DNA of 64,000 nt, from assembly GCA_964016885.1 (NCBI GenBank), contig OZ024741.1:260338001-260402000 (forward strand), given 5' to 3'. Both the position numbers and the translations under genes were made by a program. Every line of letters starts with the position of its first letter. Positions within the stretch are counted from its first letter, which is position 1. The notes beneath the pieces are model-generated. The model saw nothing but the letters and a program-made list of their open reading frames with translations. It was not told the DNA's origin and ran no database searches. Source of the DNA: Eledone cirrhosa. Taxonomy: Eukaryota. Shown here one piece after another: positions 43,550-58,058 of this stretch.

Positions 43550-46500
43550 ACGAGTGTTTCGACTTACTAATGTTCTTACTTACGAGTGTTTCGGCGTACG
43601 AGAGTTTTGACTTACGAGTGTTTCGACTTACGAGTGTTTCGACTTACGAGTGTTTTGACTTACGAATGTTTTGACTTACGGGTGTTTCGGCTTACGAGTG
43701 TTTCGACTTACGAATCTTTCGGCTTACGAGTGTTTCGACTTACTAATGTTTTTACTTACGAGTGTTTCGGCGTACGAGTGTTTCGACTTACGAGTGTTTC
43801 GACTTACGGGTGTTTTGACTTACGGGTGTTTCGGCTTACGAGTGTTTTGACTTACGAGTGTTTTGACTTAAGAGTGTTTCGACTTACGAGTATTTCTGGC
43901 TTACGAGTGTTTCGACTTACGAGTGTTTTGACTTACGAGTGTTCTGATTTACGGATGTTTCGACATACGAGTGTTTCGACTTACGAGTGTTTCGACTTAT
44001 GAGTGTTTCGACATACGAGTGTTTCGGCTTATGAGTGTTTCGACTTACGAGTGCTTCGGCTTACGAGTGTTTCGACTTACGAGTATTTCGGCTTACGAGT
44101 GTTTCGACGTACGAAAGTTTTGGCTTACGAGTGTTTCGGCTTATGAGTGTTTCGGCTTACGAGTGTTTCGACTTACGAGTGTTTCGGCTTACGAGTGTTT
44201 CAGTGTTTCGGCTTACGTGTGTTTCGACTTACGAGTGTTTCGACTTACGACTGTTTCGGCTTACCAGTGTATCGGCTTATGAGTGTTTCGGCTTACGAGT
44301 GTTTTGACTTACGAGTGTTTTGACTTACGATTGTTTGGCTTACGAGTGTTTCGACTTACGAGTGTTTTGACTTACGATGTTTCGGCTTACGAGTGTTTCG
44401 ACATACGAGTGTTTTGACGTACGGGTGTTTCGACTTACGGGTCTTTCGACTTAAGAGTGTTTCGACTTGCGAGTGTTTCGGCTTATGAGGGTTTCGACTT
44501 ACGAGTGCTTCGGCTTACGAGTGTTCTGACTTACGGGTGTTCTGACTTACGAGTGTTCCGACTTACGAGTGTTTCGGCTTATAAGGGTTTCGACTTACGA
44601 GTGCTTCGGCTTACGAGTGTTTCGACTTACGAGTGTTATGACTTACGGGTGTTTTGACATACGAGTGTTTCGACATACGAGTGTTTTGACTTACGGGTGT
44701 TTTGACAAACGAGTGTTTCGATACGAGTGTTCTGACTTACGAGTGTTCTGACTTACGAGTGTTCTGACTTACGAGTGTTTCGACATACGAGTGTTTTGAC
44801 TTACGGGTGTTTCGACTTACGAGTGTTTTGACTTACGAATGTTTTGACTTACGGGTGTTTCGGCTTACGAGTGTTTCGACTTACGAGTGTTTCGGCTTAC
44901 GAGTGTTTCGACTTACTAATGTTTTTACTTACGAGTGTTTCGGCGTACGAGAGTTTTGACTTACGAGTGTTTCGACTTACGAGTGTTTCGACTTACGAGT
45001 ATTTTGACTTACGAATGTTTTGACTTACGGGTGTTTCGGTTTACGAGTGTTTCGACTTACGAGTGTTTCGACTTACGAGTATTTTGACTTACGAATGTTT
45101 TGACTTACGGGTGTTTCGGCTTACGAATGTTTCGACTTACGAGTCTTTCGGCTTACGAGTGTTTTGACTTACGAGTGTTTTGACTTAAGGGTGTTTCGAC
45201 TTACGAGTATTTTTGGCTTACGAGTGTTTCGACTTACGAGTGTTTTGACTTACGAGTGTTCTGATTTACGGATGTTTCGACATACGAGTGTTTCGACTTA
45301 CGAGTGTTTCGACTTATGAGTGTTTCGACTTACGAGTGTTTCGACTTACGAGTGTTTCGGCTTATGATTGTTTCGACTTACGAGTGTTTTGACTTACGGT
45401 TTTTCAGCTTACGAGTGTTTCGACTTACGAGTGTTTTGACTTACGGGTGTTTTGACATACGAGTGTTTCGATACGAGTGTTCTGACTTACGAGTGTTCTG
45501 ACTTACGAGTGTTTTGACTTACGAGTGTTCTGACTTACGAGTGTTCCGACTTACGAGTGTTCCGACTTAAGAGTGTTTCGACTTACGAGTGTTTCGACTT
45601 TCGAGTGTTTTGACTTACGGTGTTTCGGCCTGCGAGTGTTTCGACTTACGAGTGTTTCGGCTTATGAGTGTTTCGACTTACTAATGTTTTTACTTACGAG
45701 TGATTCGACTTACGAGTGTTTTGACTTACGGGTGTTTTGACTTACGGGTGTTGTGAATTACCAGTGTTCCGATTTACGAGTGTTTTGACTTACGGTGTTT
45801 CGGCTTGCGAGTGTTTCGACTTACGAGTGTTTCGGCTTATGAGTGTTTCGACTTACTAATGTATTTACTTACGAGTGTTTCGGCGTTCGAGTGTTTTGAC
45901 TTACGAGTGTTTCGACTTACGAGTGTTTTGACTTACGAATGTTTTGACTTACGGGTGTTTCCGCTCACGGGTGTTTCGACTTACGAGTGTTTCGACTTAT
46001 GAGTGTTTCGACTTACGAGTGTTCTGACTTACGAGTGTTCTGACTTACGAGTGTTCCGACTTACGAGTGTTTCGGTTTACGAGTGTTTCGACATACGAGT
46101 GTTTTGACTTACGGGTGTTTCGACTTACGGGTGTTTCAACTTACGAGTGTTTCGGCTTACGAGTGTTTCGAAATACTAATGTTTTTACTTACGAGTGTTT
46201 CGGTGTACGAATGTTTTGACTTAAGGATGTTTCGACTTACGAGTGTTTCGACTTACGAGTGTTTCGGCTTACGTGAGTTTCGACTTAAGAGTGTTCTGAT
46301 TTACGAGTGTTCTGATTTGCGGGTGTTCTGATTTACGAGTGTTCCGACTTACGAGTGTTTCGGCTTATGAGGGTTTCGACTTACGAGTGTTTCGGCTTAC
46401 GAGTGTTTCGACTTATGGGTGTTTCGACTTACGAGTGTTTTTACTTACGGTGTTTCGGCTTACGAGTGTTTCGACATACGAGTGTTTTGACTTACGGGTG

Positions 46501-49500
46501 TTTCGGCTTACGAGTGTTTCGACTTACGAGAGTTTCGGCTTACGAGTGTTTCGACTTACTAATGTTTTTACTTACGAGTGTTTCGGCGTACGAGAGTTTT
46601 GACTTACGAGTGTTTCGACTTACGAGTGTTTTGACTTACAAATGTTTTGACTTACGGGTGTTTCGGCTTATGAGTGTTTCGACTTACGAGTCTTTCGGCT
46701 TATGAGTGTTTCGACTTACTAATGTTTTTACTTACGAGTGTTTCGGCGTACGAGAGTTTTGACTTACGAGTGTTCTGATTTACGGATGTTTCGACATACG
46801 AGTGTTTCGACTTACGAGTGTTTCGACTTATGAGTGTTTCGACTTACGAGTGTTTCGGCTTACGAGTGTTTCGACTTACGAGTGTTTTGACTTACGGTGT
46901 TTCGGCTTACGAGTGTTTCGACTTACGAGTGTTTTGACTTACGGGTGTTTTGACATACGAGTGTTTCGATACGAGTGTTCTGACTTACGAGTGTTCTGAC
47001 TTACGAGTGTTCTGACTTACGAGTGTTCCGACTTACGAGTGTTCCGACTTACGAGTGTTTCGGCTTACGAGTGTTTCCGGCTTACGAGTGTTTCGACTTC
47101 CGAGTGTTTTGACTTACGGTGTTTCGGCTTACGAGTGATTCGACTTACGAGTGTTTTGACTTACGGGTGATTTGACGTACGGGTGTTGTAAATTACGAGT
47201 GTTCCGATTTACGAGTGTTTTGACTTACGGTGTTTCGGCTTGCGAGTGTTTCGACTTACGAGTGTTTCGGCTTATGGGTGTTTCGACTTACTGTTTTTAC
47301 TTACGAGTGTTTCGGCGTACGAGTGTTTTGACTTACGAGTGTTTCGACTTACGAGTGTTTCGACTTACTAATGTTCTTACTTACGAGTGTTTCGGCGTAC
47401 GAGAGTTTTGACTTACGAGTGTTTCGACTTACGAGTGTTTCGACTTACGAGTGTTTTGACTTACGAATGTTTTGACTTACGGGTGTTTCGGCTTACGAGT
47501 GTTTCGACTTACGAATCTTTCGGCTTACGAGTGTTTCGACTTACTAATGTTTTTACTTACGAGTGTTTCGGCGTACGAGTGTTTCGACTTACGAGTGTTT
47601 CGACTTACGGGTGTTTTGACTTACGGGTGTTTCGGCTTACGAGTGTTTTGACTTACGAGTGTTTTGACTTAAGAGTGTTTCGACTTACGAGTATTTCTGG
47701 CTTACGAGTGTTTCGACTTACGAGTGTTTTGACTTACGAGTGTTCTGATTTACGGATGTTTCGACATACGAGTGTTTCGACTTACGAGTGTTTCGACTTA
47801 TGAGTGTTTCGACATACGAGTGTTTCGGCTTATGAGTGTTTCGACTTACGAGTGCTTCGGCTTACGAGTGTTTCGACTTACGAGTATTTCGGCTTACGAG
47901 TGTTTCGACGTACGAAAGTTTTGGCTTACGAGTGTTTCGGCTTATGAGTGTTTCGGCTTACGAGTGTTTCGACTTACGAGTGTTTCGGCTTACGAGTGTT
48001 TCAGTGTTTCGGCTTACGTGTGTTTCGACTTACGAGTGTTTCGACTTACGACTGTTTCGGCTTACCAGTGTATCGGCTTATGAGTGTTTCGGCTTACGAG
48101 TGTTTTGACTTACGAGTGTTTTGACTTACGATTGTTTGGCTTACGAGTGTTTCGACTTACGAGTGTTTTGACTTACGATGTTTCGGCTTACGAGTGTTTC
48201 GACATACGAGTGTTTTGACGTACGGGTGTTTCGACTTACGGGTCTTTCGACTTAAGAGTGTTTCGACTTGCGAGTGTTTCGGCTTATGAGGGTTTCGACT
48301 TACGAGTGCTTCGGCTTACGAGTGTTCTGACTTACGGGTGTTCTGACTTACGAGTGTTCCGACTTACGAGTGTTTCGGCTTATAAGGGTTTCGACTTACG
48401 AGTGCTTCGGCTTACGAGTGTTTCGACTTACGAGTGTTATGACTTACGGGTGTTTTGACATACGAGTGTTTCGACATACGAGTGTTTTGACTTACGGGTG
48501 TTTTGACAAACGAGTGTTTCGATACGAGTGTTCTGACTTACGAGTGTTCTGACTTACGAGTGTTCTGACTTACGAGTGTTTCGACATACGAGTGTTTTGA
48601 CTTACGGGTGTTTCGACTTACGAGTGTTTTGACTTACGAATGTTTTGACTTACGGGTGTTTCGGCTTACGAGTGTTTCGACTTACGAGTGTTTCGGCTTA
48701 CGAGTGTTTCGACTTACTAATGTTTTTACTTACGAGTGTTTCGGCGTACGAGAGTTTTGACTTACGAGTGTTTCGACTTACGAGTGTTTCGACTTACGAG
48801 TATTTTGACTTACGAATGTTTTGACTTACGGGTGTTTCGGTTTACGAGTGTTTCGACTTACGAGTGTTTCGACTTACGAGTATTTTGACTTACGAATGTT
48901 TTGACTTACGGGTGTTTCGGCTTACGAATGTTTCGACTTACGAGTCTTTCGGCTTACGAGTGTTTTGACTTACGAGTGTTTTGACTTAAGGGTGTTTCGA
49001 CTTACGAGTATTTTTGGCTTACGAGTGTTTCGACTTACGAGTGTTTTGACTTACGAGTGTTCTGATTTACGGATGTTTCGACATACGAGTGTTTCGACTT
49101 ACGAGTGTTTCGACTTATGAGTGTTTCGACTTACGAGTGTTTCGACTTACGAGTGTTTCGGCTTATGATTGTTTCGACTTACGAGTGTTTTGACTTACGG
49201 TTTTTCAGCTTACGAGTGTTTCGACTTACGAGTGTTTTGACTTACGGGTGTTTTGACATACGAGTGTTTCGATACGAGTGTTCTGACTTACGAGTGTTCT
49301 GACTTACGAGTGTTTTGACTTACGAGTGTTCTGACTTACGAGTGTTCCGACTTACGAGTGTTTCGACTTTCGAGTGTTTTGACTTACGGTGTTTCGGCCT
49401 GCGAGTGTTTCGACTTACGAGTGTTTCGGCTTATGAGTGTTTCGACTTACTAATGTTTTTACTTACGAGTGATTCGACTTACGAGTGTTTTGACTTACGG

Positions 49501-51135
49501 GTGTTTTGACTTACGGGTGTTGTGAATTACCAGTGTTCCGATTTACGAGTGTTTTGACTTACGGTGTTTCGGCTTGCGAGTGTTTCGACTTACGAGTGTT
49601 TCGGCTTATGAGTGTTTCGACTTACTAATGTATTTACTTACGAGTGTTTCGGCGTTCGAGTGTTTTGACTTACGAGTGTTTCGACTTACGAGTGTTTTGA
49701 CTTACGAATGTTTTGACTTACGGGTGTTTCCGCTCACGGGTGTTTCGACTTACGAGTGTTTCGACTTATGAGTGTTTCGACTTACGAGTGTTCTGACTTA
49801 CGAGTGTTCTGACTTACGAGTGTTCCGACTTACGAGTGTTTCGGTTTACGAGTGTTTCGACATACGAGTGTTTTGACTTACGGGTGTTTCGACTTACGGG
49901 TGTTTCAACTTACGAGTGTTTCGGCTTACGAGTGTTTCGAAATACTAATGTTTTTACTTACGAGTGTTTCGGTGTACGAATGTTTTGACTTAAGGATGTT
50001 TCGACTTACGAGTGTTTCGACTTACGAGTGTTTCGGCTTACGTGAGTTTCGACTTAAGAGTGTTCTGATTTACGAGTGTTCTGATTTGCGGGTGTTCTGA
50101 TTTACGAGTGTTCCGACTTACGAGTGTTTCGGCTTATGAGGGTTTCGACTTACGAGTGTTTCGGCTTACGAGTGTTTCGACTTATGGGTGTTTCGACTTA
50201 CGAGTGTTTTTACTTACGGTGTTTCGGCTTACGAGTGTTTCGACATACGAGTGTTTTGACTTACGGGTGTTTCGGCTTACGAGTGTTTCGACTTACGAGA
50301 GTTTCGGCTTACGAGTGTTTCGACTTACTAATGTTTTTACTTACGAGTGTTTCGGCGTACGAGAGTTTTGACTTACGAGTGTTTCGACTTACGAGTGTTT
50401 TGACTTACAAATGTTTTGACTTACGGGTGTTTCGGCTTATGAGTGTTTCGACTTACGAGTCTTTCGGCTTATGAGTGTTTCGACTTACTAATGTTTTTAC
50501 TTACGAGTGTTTCGGCGTACGAGAGTTTTGACTTACGAGTGTTCTGATTTACGGATGTTTCGACATACGAGTGTTTCGACTTACGAGTGTTTCGACTTAT
50601 GAGTGTTTCGACTTACGAGTGTTTCGGCTTACGAGTGTTTCGACTTACGAGTGTTTTGACTTACGGTGTTTCGGCTTACGAGTGTTTCGACTTACGAGTG
50701 TTTTGACTTACGGGTGTTTTGACATACGAGTGTTTCGATACGAGTGTTCTGACTTACGAGTGTTCTGACTTACGAGTGTTCTGACTTACGAGTGTTCCGA
50801 CTTACGAGTGTTCCGACTTACGAGTGTTTCGGCTTACGAGTGTTTCCGGCTTACGAGTGTTTCGACTTCCGAGTGTTTTGACTTACGGTGTTTCGGCTTA
50901 CGAGTGATTCGACTTACGAGTGTTTTGACTTACGGGTGATTTGACGTACGGGTGTTGTAAATTACGAGTGTTCCGATTTACGAGTGTTTTGACTTACGGT
51001 GTTTCGGCTTGCGAGTGTTTCGACTTACGAGTGTTTCGGCTTATGGGTGTTTCGACTTACTGTTTTTACTTACGAGTGTTTCGGCGTACGAGTGTTTTGA
51101 CTTACGAGTGTTTCGACTTACGAGTGTTTCGACTT
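43550..51135. repeat. Near-identical tandem duplication of a ~3.8-kb HOR unit (about 43550-47350 and 47351-51135)
   Basis: Identical ORF translations at offset 3801 (43586/47387, 43971/47772, 44457/48258, 45304/49105), then 3769 (45805/49574, 46083/49852, 46802/50571, 47172/50941) after a 32-bp (2-monomer) deletion near 49340. Confidence 0.9.
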
Positions 51136-53678
51136 ACGAGTGTTTCGGCTTACGTGAGTTTCGACTTAAGTGTGTTCTGATTTACGAGTGTTCTGACTTG
51201 AGGGTGTTCTGATTTACGAGTGTTCCGACTTACGAGTGTTTCGGCTTATGAGTGTTTCGACTTACGAGTGTTTCGGCTTACGAGTGTTTCGACTTATGGG
51301 TGTTTCGACTTACGAGTGTTTTTACTTACGGTGTTTCGACTTACGAGTGTTTTGACTTACGAATGTTTTGACTTACGGGTGTTTCGGCTTACGAGTGTTT
51401 CGACTTACTAATGTTCTTACTTACGAGTGTTTCGGCGTACGAGAGTTTTGACTTACGAGTGTTTCGACTTACGAGTGTTTCGACTTACGAGTGTTTCGAC
51501 TTATGAGTGTTTCGACTTACGAGTGCTTCGGCTTACGAGTGTTTCGACTTACGAGTATTTCGGCTTACGAGTGTTTCGACGTACGAATGTTTTGGCTTAC
51601 GAGTGTTTCGGCTTATGAGTGTTTCGGCTTACGAGTGTTTCGACTTACGAGTGTTTCGGCTTACGAGTGTTTCAGTGTTTCGGCTTACGTGTGTTTCGAC
51701 TTACGAGTGTTTCGACTTACGACTGTTTCGGCTTACGAGTATTTCGGCTTACGAGTGTTTCGGCTTACGAGTGTTTTGACTTACGAGTGTTTTGACTTAC
51801 GATTGTTTGGCTTTCGAGTGTTCTGACTTACGGGTGTTCTGACTTACGAGTGTTCCGACTTACGAGTGTTTCAGCTTATGAGGGTTTCGACTTACGAGTG
51901 CTTCGGCTTACGAGTGTTTCGACTTACGAGTGTTTCGGCTTACGAGTGTTTTGACTTACGGTGTTTCGGCTTACGAGTGTTTCGACATACGAGTGTTTTG
52001 ACGTACGGGTGTTTCGACTGACGGGTCTTTCGACTTAAGAGTGTTTCGACTTACGAGCGCTTCGACTTACGAGTGTTTCGACTTACGAGTGTTTCGGCGT
52101 ATGAGTGTTTTGACTTACGAGTGCTTCGACTTACGAGTGATTCGACTTACGAGTGTTTCGAATTACGAGTGTTTCGACTTACGAGTGTTATGACTTACGG
52201 GTGTTTTGACATACGAGTGTTTCGATACGAGTGTTCTGACTTACGAGTGTTCTGACTTACGAGTGTTCTGACTTACGAGTGTTTCGACATACGAGTGTTT
52301 TGACTTACGGGTGTTTCGACTTACGAGTGTTTTGACTTACGAATGTTTTGACTTACGGGTGTTTCGGCTTACGAGTGTTTCGACTTACTAATGTTTTTAC
52401 TTACGAGTGTTTCGGCGTACGAGTGTTTCGACTTCCGAGTGTTTCGACTTACGGGTGTTTTGACTTACGGGTGTTTCGGCTTACGAGTGTTTTGACTTAC
52501 GAGTGTTTTGACTTAAGGGTGTTTCGACTTACGAGTATTTTTGGCTTACGAGTGTTTCGACTTACGAGTGTTTTGACTTACGAGTGTTCTGATTTACGGA
52601 TGTTTCGACATACGAGTCTTTCGACTTACGAGTGTTTCGACTTACGAGTGTTTCGGCTTATGATTGTTTCGACTTACGAGTGTTTTGACTTACGGTGTTT
52701 CAGCTTACGAGTGTTTCGACTTACGAGTGTTTTGACTTACGGGTGTTTTGACATACGAGTGTTTCGATACGAGTGTTCTGACTTACGAGTGTTCTGACTT
52801 ACGAGTGTTTTGACTTACGAGTGTTCGGACTTACCAGTGTTCCGACTTACGAGTGTTCCGACTTACGAGTGTTTCGGCTTACGAGTGTTTCCGGCTTACG
52901 AGTGTTTCGACTTACGAGTGTTTTGACTTACGGTGTTTCGGCTTACGAGTGATTCGACTTACGAGTGTTTTGACTTAGGGTGTTTTGACTTACGGGTGTT
53001 GTGAATTACGAGTGTTCCGATTTACGAGTGTTTTGACTTACGGTGTTTCGGCTTACGAGTGATTCGACTTACGAATGTTTTGACTTACGGGTGTTTCGGC
53101 TTGCTAGTGTTTCGACTTATGAGTGTTCTGACTTACGAGTGTTTTGACTTACGAGTGTTCTGATTTACGGATGTTTCGACATACGAGTGTTTCGACTTAC
53201 GAGTGTTTCGACTTATGAGTGTTTCGACTTACGAGTGTTTTGGCTTACGGGTGTTTTGACATATGAGTGTTTCGATACGAGTGTTTCGACTTACGAGTGT
53301 TCTGACTTACGAGTGTTCTGACTTACGAGTGTTCTGACTTACGAGTGTTCTGATTTACGAGTGTTCCGACTTACGAGTGTTTCGGCTTACGAGTGTTTCG
53401 GCTTACGAGTGTTTCGACTTACGAGTGTTTCGACTTACGAGTGTTCCGACTGACGGGTGTTTCGACTTACGAGTGGTTTGGCTTACGGTGTTTCGGCTTA
53501 CGAGTGTTTCGAGTTACGAGTGTTTTGACTTACGCGTGTCTTGACATACGAGTGTTTCGATACGAGTGTTCTGACTTACGAGTGTTCTGACTTACGAGTG
53601 TTCTGACTTACGAGTGTTCCGACTTTACGAGTGTTTCGGCTCACGAGTGTTTCGGCTTACCAGTGTTTCGACTTACGA

Positions 53679-53747
53679 AAATAACAAATAGACGCGGTTT
53701 CAAATCTCTACGATTTTCAAATTCATTACATTAATCTTTATTTATAC
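53679..53747. repeat. 69-bp AT-rich non-satellite element, copy 7
   Basis: Same element; CTACGATTTTC variant. Confidence 0.95.
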
Positions 53748-56700
53748 GTTTCGCTTTACGAGTGTTTCGACTTACGAGTGTTTCGACATACGAGTGTTTC
53801 GACTTCCGAATGTTTTTGCTTACGGGTGTTTCGACTTACGAATGTTTCGGCTTACGAGTGTTTCGGCTTACGAGTGTTCCGACTTACGAGTGTTTCGGCT
53901 TACGAGTGTTTCCGGCTTACGAGTGTTTCGACTTACGAATGTTTCGACTTTCGAGTGTTTTGACTTACGGTGTTTCGGCTTACGAGTGATTCGACTTACG
54001 AGTGTTTTGACTTACGGGTGTTTTGACTTACGGGTGTTGTGAATTACCAGTGTTCCGATTTACGAGTGTTTTGACTTACGGTGTTTCGGCTTGCGAGTGT
54101 TTCGACTTACGAGTGTTTCGGCTTATGAGTGTTTCGACTTATGAGTGTTTCGACTTACGAGTGTTCTGACTTACGAATGTTCTGACTTACGAGTGTTCCG
54201 ACTTACGAGTGTTTCGGTTTACGAGTGTTTCGACATACGAGTGTTTTGACTTACGGGTGTTTCGGCTTACGAGTGTTTCGACTTACGAGAGTTTCGGCTT
54301 ACGAGTGTTTCGACTTACTAATGTTTTTACTTACGAGTGTTTCGGCGTACGAGAGTTTTGACTTACGAGTGTTTCGACTTACGAGTGTTTTGACTTACAA
54401 ATGTTTTGACTTACGGGTGTTTCGGCTTATGAGTGTTTCGACTTACGAGTCTTTCGGCTTATGAGTGTTTCGACTTACTAATGTTTTTACTTACGAGTGT
54501 TTCGGCGTACGAGAGTTTTGACTTACGAGTGTTCTGATTTACGGATGTTTCGACATACGAGTGTTTCGACTTACGAGTGTTTCGACTTATGAGTGTTTCG
54601 ACTTACGAGTGTTTCGGCTTACGAGTGTTTCGACTTACGAGTGTTTTGACTTACGGTGTTTCGGCTTACGAGTGTTTCGACTTACGAGTGTTTTGACTTA
54701 CGGGTGTTTTGACATACGAGTGTTTCGATACGAGTGTTCTGACTTACGAGTGTTCTGACTTACGAGTGTTCTGACTTACGAGTGTTCCGACTTACGAGTG
54801 TTCCGACTTACGAGTGTTTCGGCTTACGAGTGTTTCCGGCTTACGAGTGTTTCGACTTCCGAGTGTTTTGACTTACGGTGTTTCGGCTTACGAGTGATTC
54901 GACTTACGAGTGTTTTGACTTACGGGTGATTTGACGTACGGGTGTTGTAAATTACGAGTGTTCCGATTTACGAGTGTTTTGACTTACGGTGTTTCGGCTT
55001 GCGAGTGTTTCGACTTACGAGTGTTTCGGCTTATGGGTGTTTCGACTTACTGTTTTTACTTACGAGTGTTTCGGCGTACGAGTGTTTTGACTTACGAGTG
55101 TTTCGACTTACGAGTGTTTCGACTTACGAGTGTTTCGGCTTACGTGAGTTTCGACTTAAGTGTGTTCTGATTTACGAGTGTTCTGACTTGAGGGTGTTCT
55201 GATTTACGAGTGTTCCGACTTACGAGTGTTTCGGCTTATGAGTGTTTCGACTTACGAGTGTTTCGGCTTACGAGTGTTTCGACTTATGGGTGTTTCGACT
55301 TACGAGTGTTTTTACTTACGGTGTTTCGACTTACGAGTGTTTTGACTTACGAATGTTTTGACTTACGGGTGTTTCGGCTTACGAGTGTTTCGACTTACTA
55401 ATGTTCTTACTTACGAGTGTTTCGGCGTACGAGAGTTTTGACTTACGAGTGTTTCGACTTACGAGTGTTTCGACTTACGAGTGTTTTGACTTACGAATGT
55501 TTTGACTTACGGGTGTTTCGGCTTAAGAGTGTTTCGACTTACGAGTCTTTCGGCTTACGAGTGTTTCGACTTACTAATGTTTTTACTTACGAGTGTTTCG
55601 GCGTACGAGTGTTTCGACTTACGAGTGTTTTGACTTAAGGGTGTTTCGGCTTACGTGTGTTTTGACTTACGAGTGTTTTGACTTAAGGGTGTTTCGACTT
55701 ACGAGTATTTTTGGCTTACGAGTGTTTCGACTTACGAGTGTTTTGACTTACGAGTGTTCTGATTTACGGATGTTTCGACATACGAGTGTTTCGACTTACG
55801 AGTGTTTCGACTTATGAGTGTTTCGACTTACGAGTGCTTCGGCTTACGAGTGTTTCGACTTACGAGTATTTCGGCTTACGAGTGTTTCGACGTACGAATG
55901 TTTTGGCTTACGAGTGTTTCGGCTTATGAGTGTTTCGGCTTACGAGTGTTTCGACTTACGAGTGTTTCGGCTTACGAGTGTTTCAGTGTTTCGGCTTACG
56001 TGTGTTTCGACTTACGAGTGTTTCGACTTACGACTGTTTCGGCTTACGAGTATTTCGGCTTACGAGTGTTTCGGCTTACGAGTGTTTTGACTTACGAGTG
56101 TTTTGACTTACGATTGTTTGGCTTTCGAGTGTTCTGACTTACGGGTGTTCTGACTTACGAGTGTTCCGACTTACGAGTGTTTCAGCTTATGAGGGTTTCG
56201 ACTTACGAGTGCTTCGGCTTACGAGTGTTTCGACTTACGAGTGTTTCGGCTTACGAGTGTTTTGACTTACGGTGTTTCGGCTTACGAGTGTTTCGACATA
56301 CGAGTGTTTTGACGTACGGGTGTTTCGACTGACGGGTCTTTCGACTTAAGAGTGTTTCGACTTACGAGCGCTTCGACTTACGAGTGTTTCGACTTACGAG
56401 TGTTTCGGCGTATGAGTGTTTTGACTTACGAGTGCTTCGACTTACGAGTGATTCGACTTACGAGTGTTTCGAATTACGAGTGTTTCGACTTACGAGTGTT
56501 ATGACTTACGGGTGTTTTGACATACGAGTGTTTCGATACGAGTGTTCTGACTTACGAGTGTTCTGACTTACGAGTGTTCTGACTTACGAGTGTTTCGACA
56601 TACGAGTGTTTTGACTTACGGGTATTTCGACTTACGAGTGTTTTGACATACGAATGTTTTGACTTACGGGTGTTTCGGCTTACGAGTGTTTCGACTTACT

Positions 56701-57989
56701 AATGTTTTTACTTACGAGTGTTTCGGCGTACGAGTGTTTCGACTTCCGAGTGTTTCGACTTACGGGTGTTTTGACTTACGGGTGTTTCGGCTTACGAGTG
56801 TTTTGACTTACGAGTGTTTTGACTTAAGGGTGTTTCGACTTACGAGTATTTTTGGCTTACGAGTGTTTCGACTTACGAGTGTTTTGACTTACGAGTGTTC
56901 TGATTTACGGATGTTTCGACATACGAGTCTTTCGACTTACGAGTGTTTCGACTTACGAGTGTTTCGGCTTATGATTGTTTCGACTTACGAGTGTTTTGAC
57001 TTACGGTGTTTCAGCTTACGAGTGTTTCGACTTACGAGTGTTTTGACTTACGGGTGTTTTGACATACGAGTGTTTCGATACGAGTGTTCTGACTTACGAG
57101 TGTTCTGACTTACGAGTGTTTTGACTTACGAGTGTTCGGACTTACCAGTGTTCCGACTTACGAGTGTTCCGACTTACGAGTGTTTCGGCTTACGAGTGTT
57201 TCCGGCTTACGAGTGTTTCGACTTACGAGTGTTTTGACTTACGGTGTTTCGGCTTACGAGTGATTCGACTTACGAGTGTTTTGACTTAGGGTGTTTTGAC
57301 TTACGGGTGTTGTGAATTACGAGTGTTCCGATTTACGAGTGTTTTGACTTACGGTGTTTCGGCTTACGAGTGATTCGACTTACGAATGTTTTGACTTACG
57401 GGTGTTTCGGCTTGCTAGTGTTTCGACTTATGAGTGTTCTGACTTACGAGTGTTTTGACTTACGAGTGTTCTGATTTACGGATGTTTCGACATACGAGTG
57501 TTTCGACTTACGAGTGTTTCGACTTATGAGTGTTTCGACTTACGAGTGTTTTGGCTTACGGGTGTTTTGACATATGAGTGTTTCGATACGAGTGTTTCGA
57601 CTTACGAGTGTTCTGACTTACGAGTGTTCTGACTTACGAGTGTTCTGACTTACGAGTGTTCTGATTTACGAGTGTTCCGACTTACGAGTGTTTCGGCTTA
57701 CGAGTGTTTCGGCTTACGAGTGTTTCGACTTACGAGTGTTTCGACTTACGAGTGTTCCGACTGACGGGTGTTTCGACTTACGAGTGGTTTGGCTTACGGT
57801 GTTTCGGCTTACGAGTGTTTCGAGTTACGAGTGTTTTGACTTACGCGTGTCTTGACATACGAGTGTTTCGATACGAGTGTTCTGACTTACGAGTGTTCTG
57901 ACTTACGAGTGTTCTGACTTACGAGTGTTCCGACTTTACGAGTGTTTCGGCTCACGAGTGTTTCGGCTTACCAGTGTTTCGACTTACGA

Positions 57990-58058
57990 AAATAACAAAT
58001 AGACGCGGTTTCAAATCTCTACGATTTTCAAATTCATTACATTAATCTTTATTTATAC
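57990..58058. repeat. 69-bp AT-rich non-satellite element, copy 8
   Basis: Identical to copy 7 and 4311 bp downstream, as part of a tandem block duplication. Confidence 0.95.
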
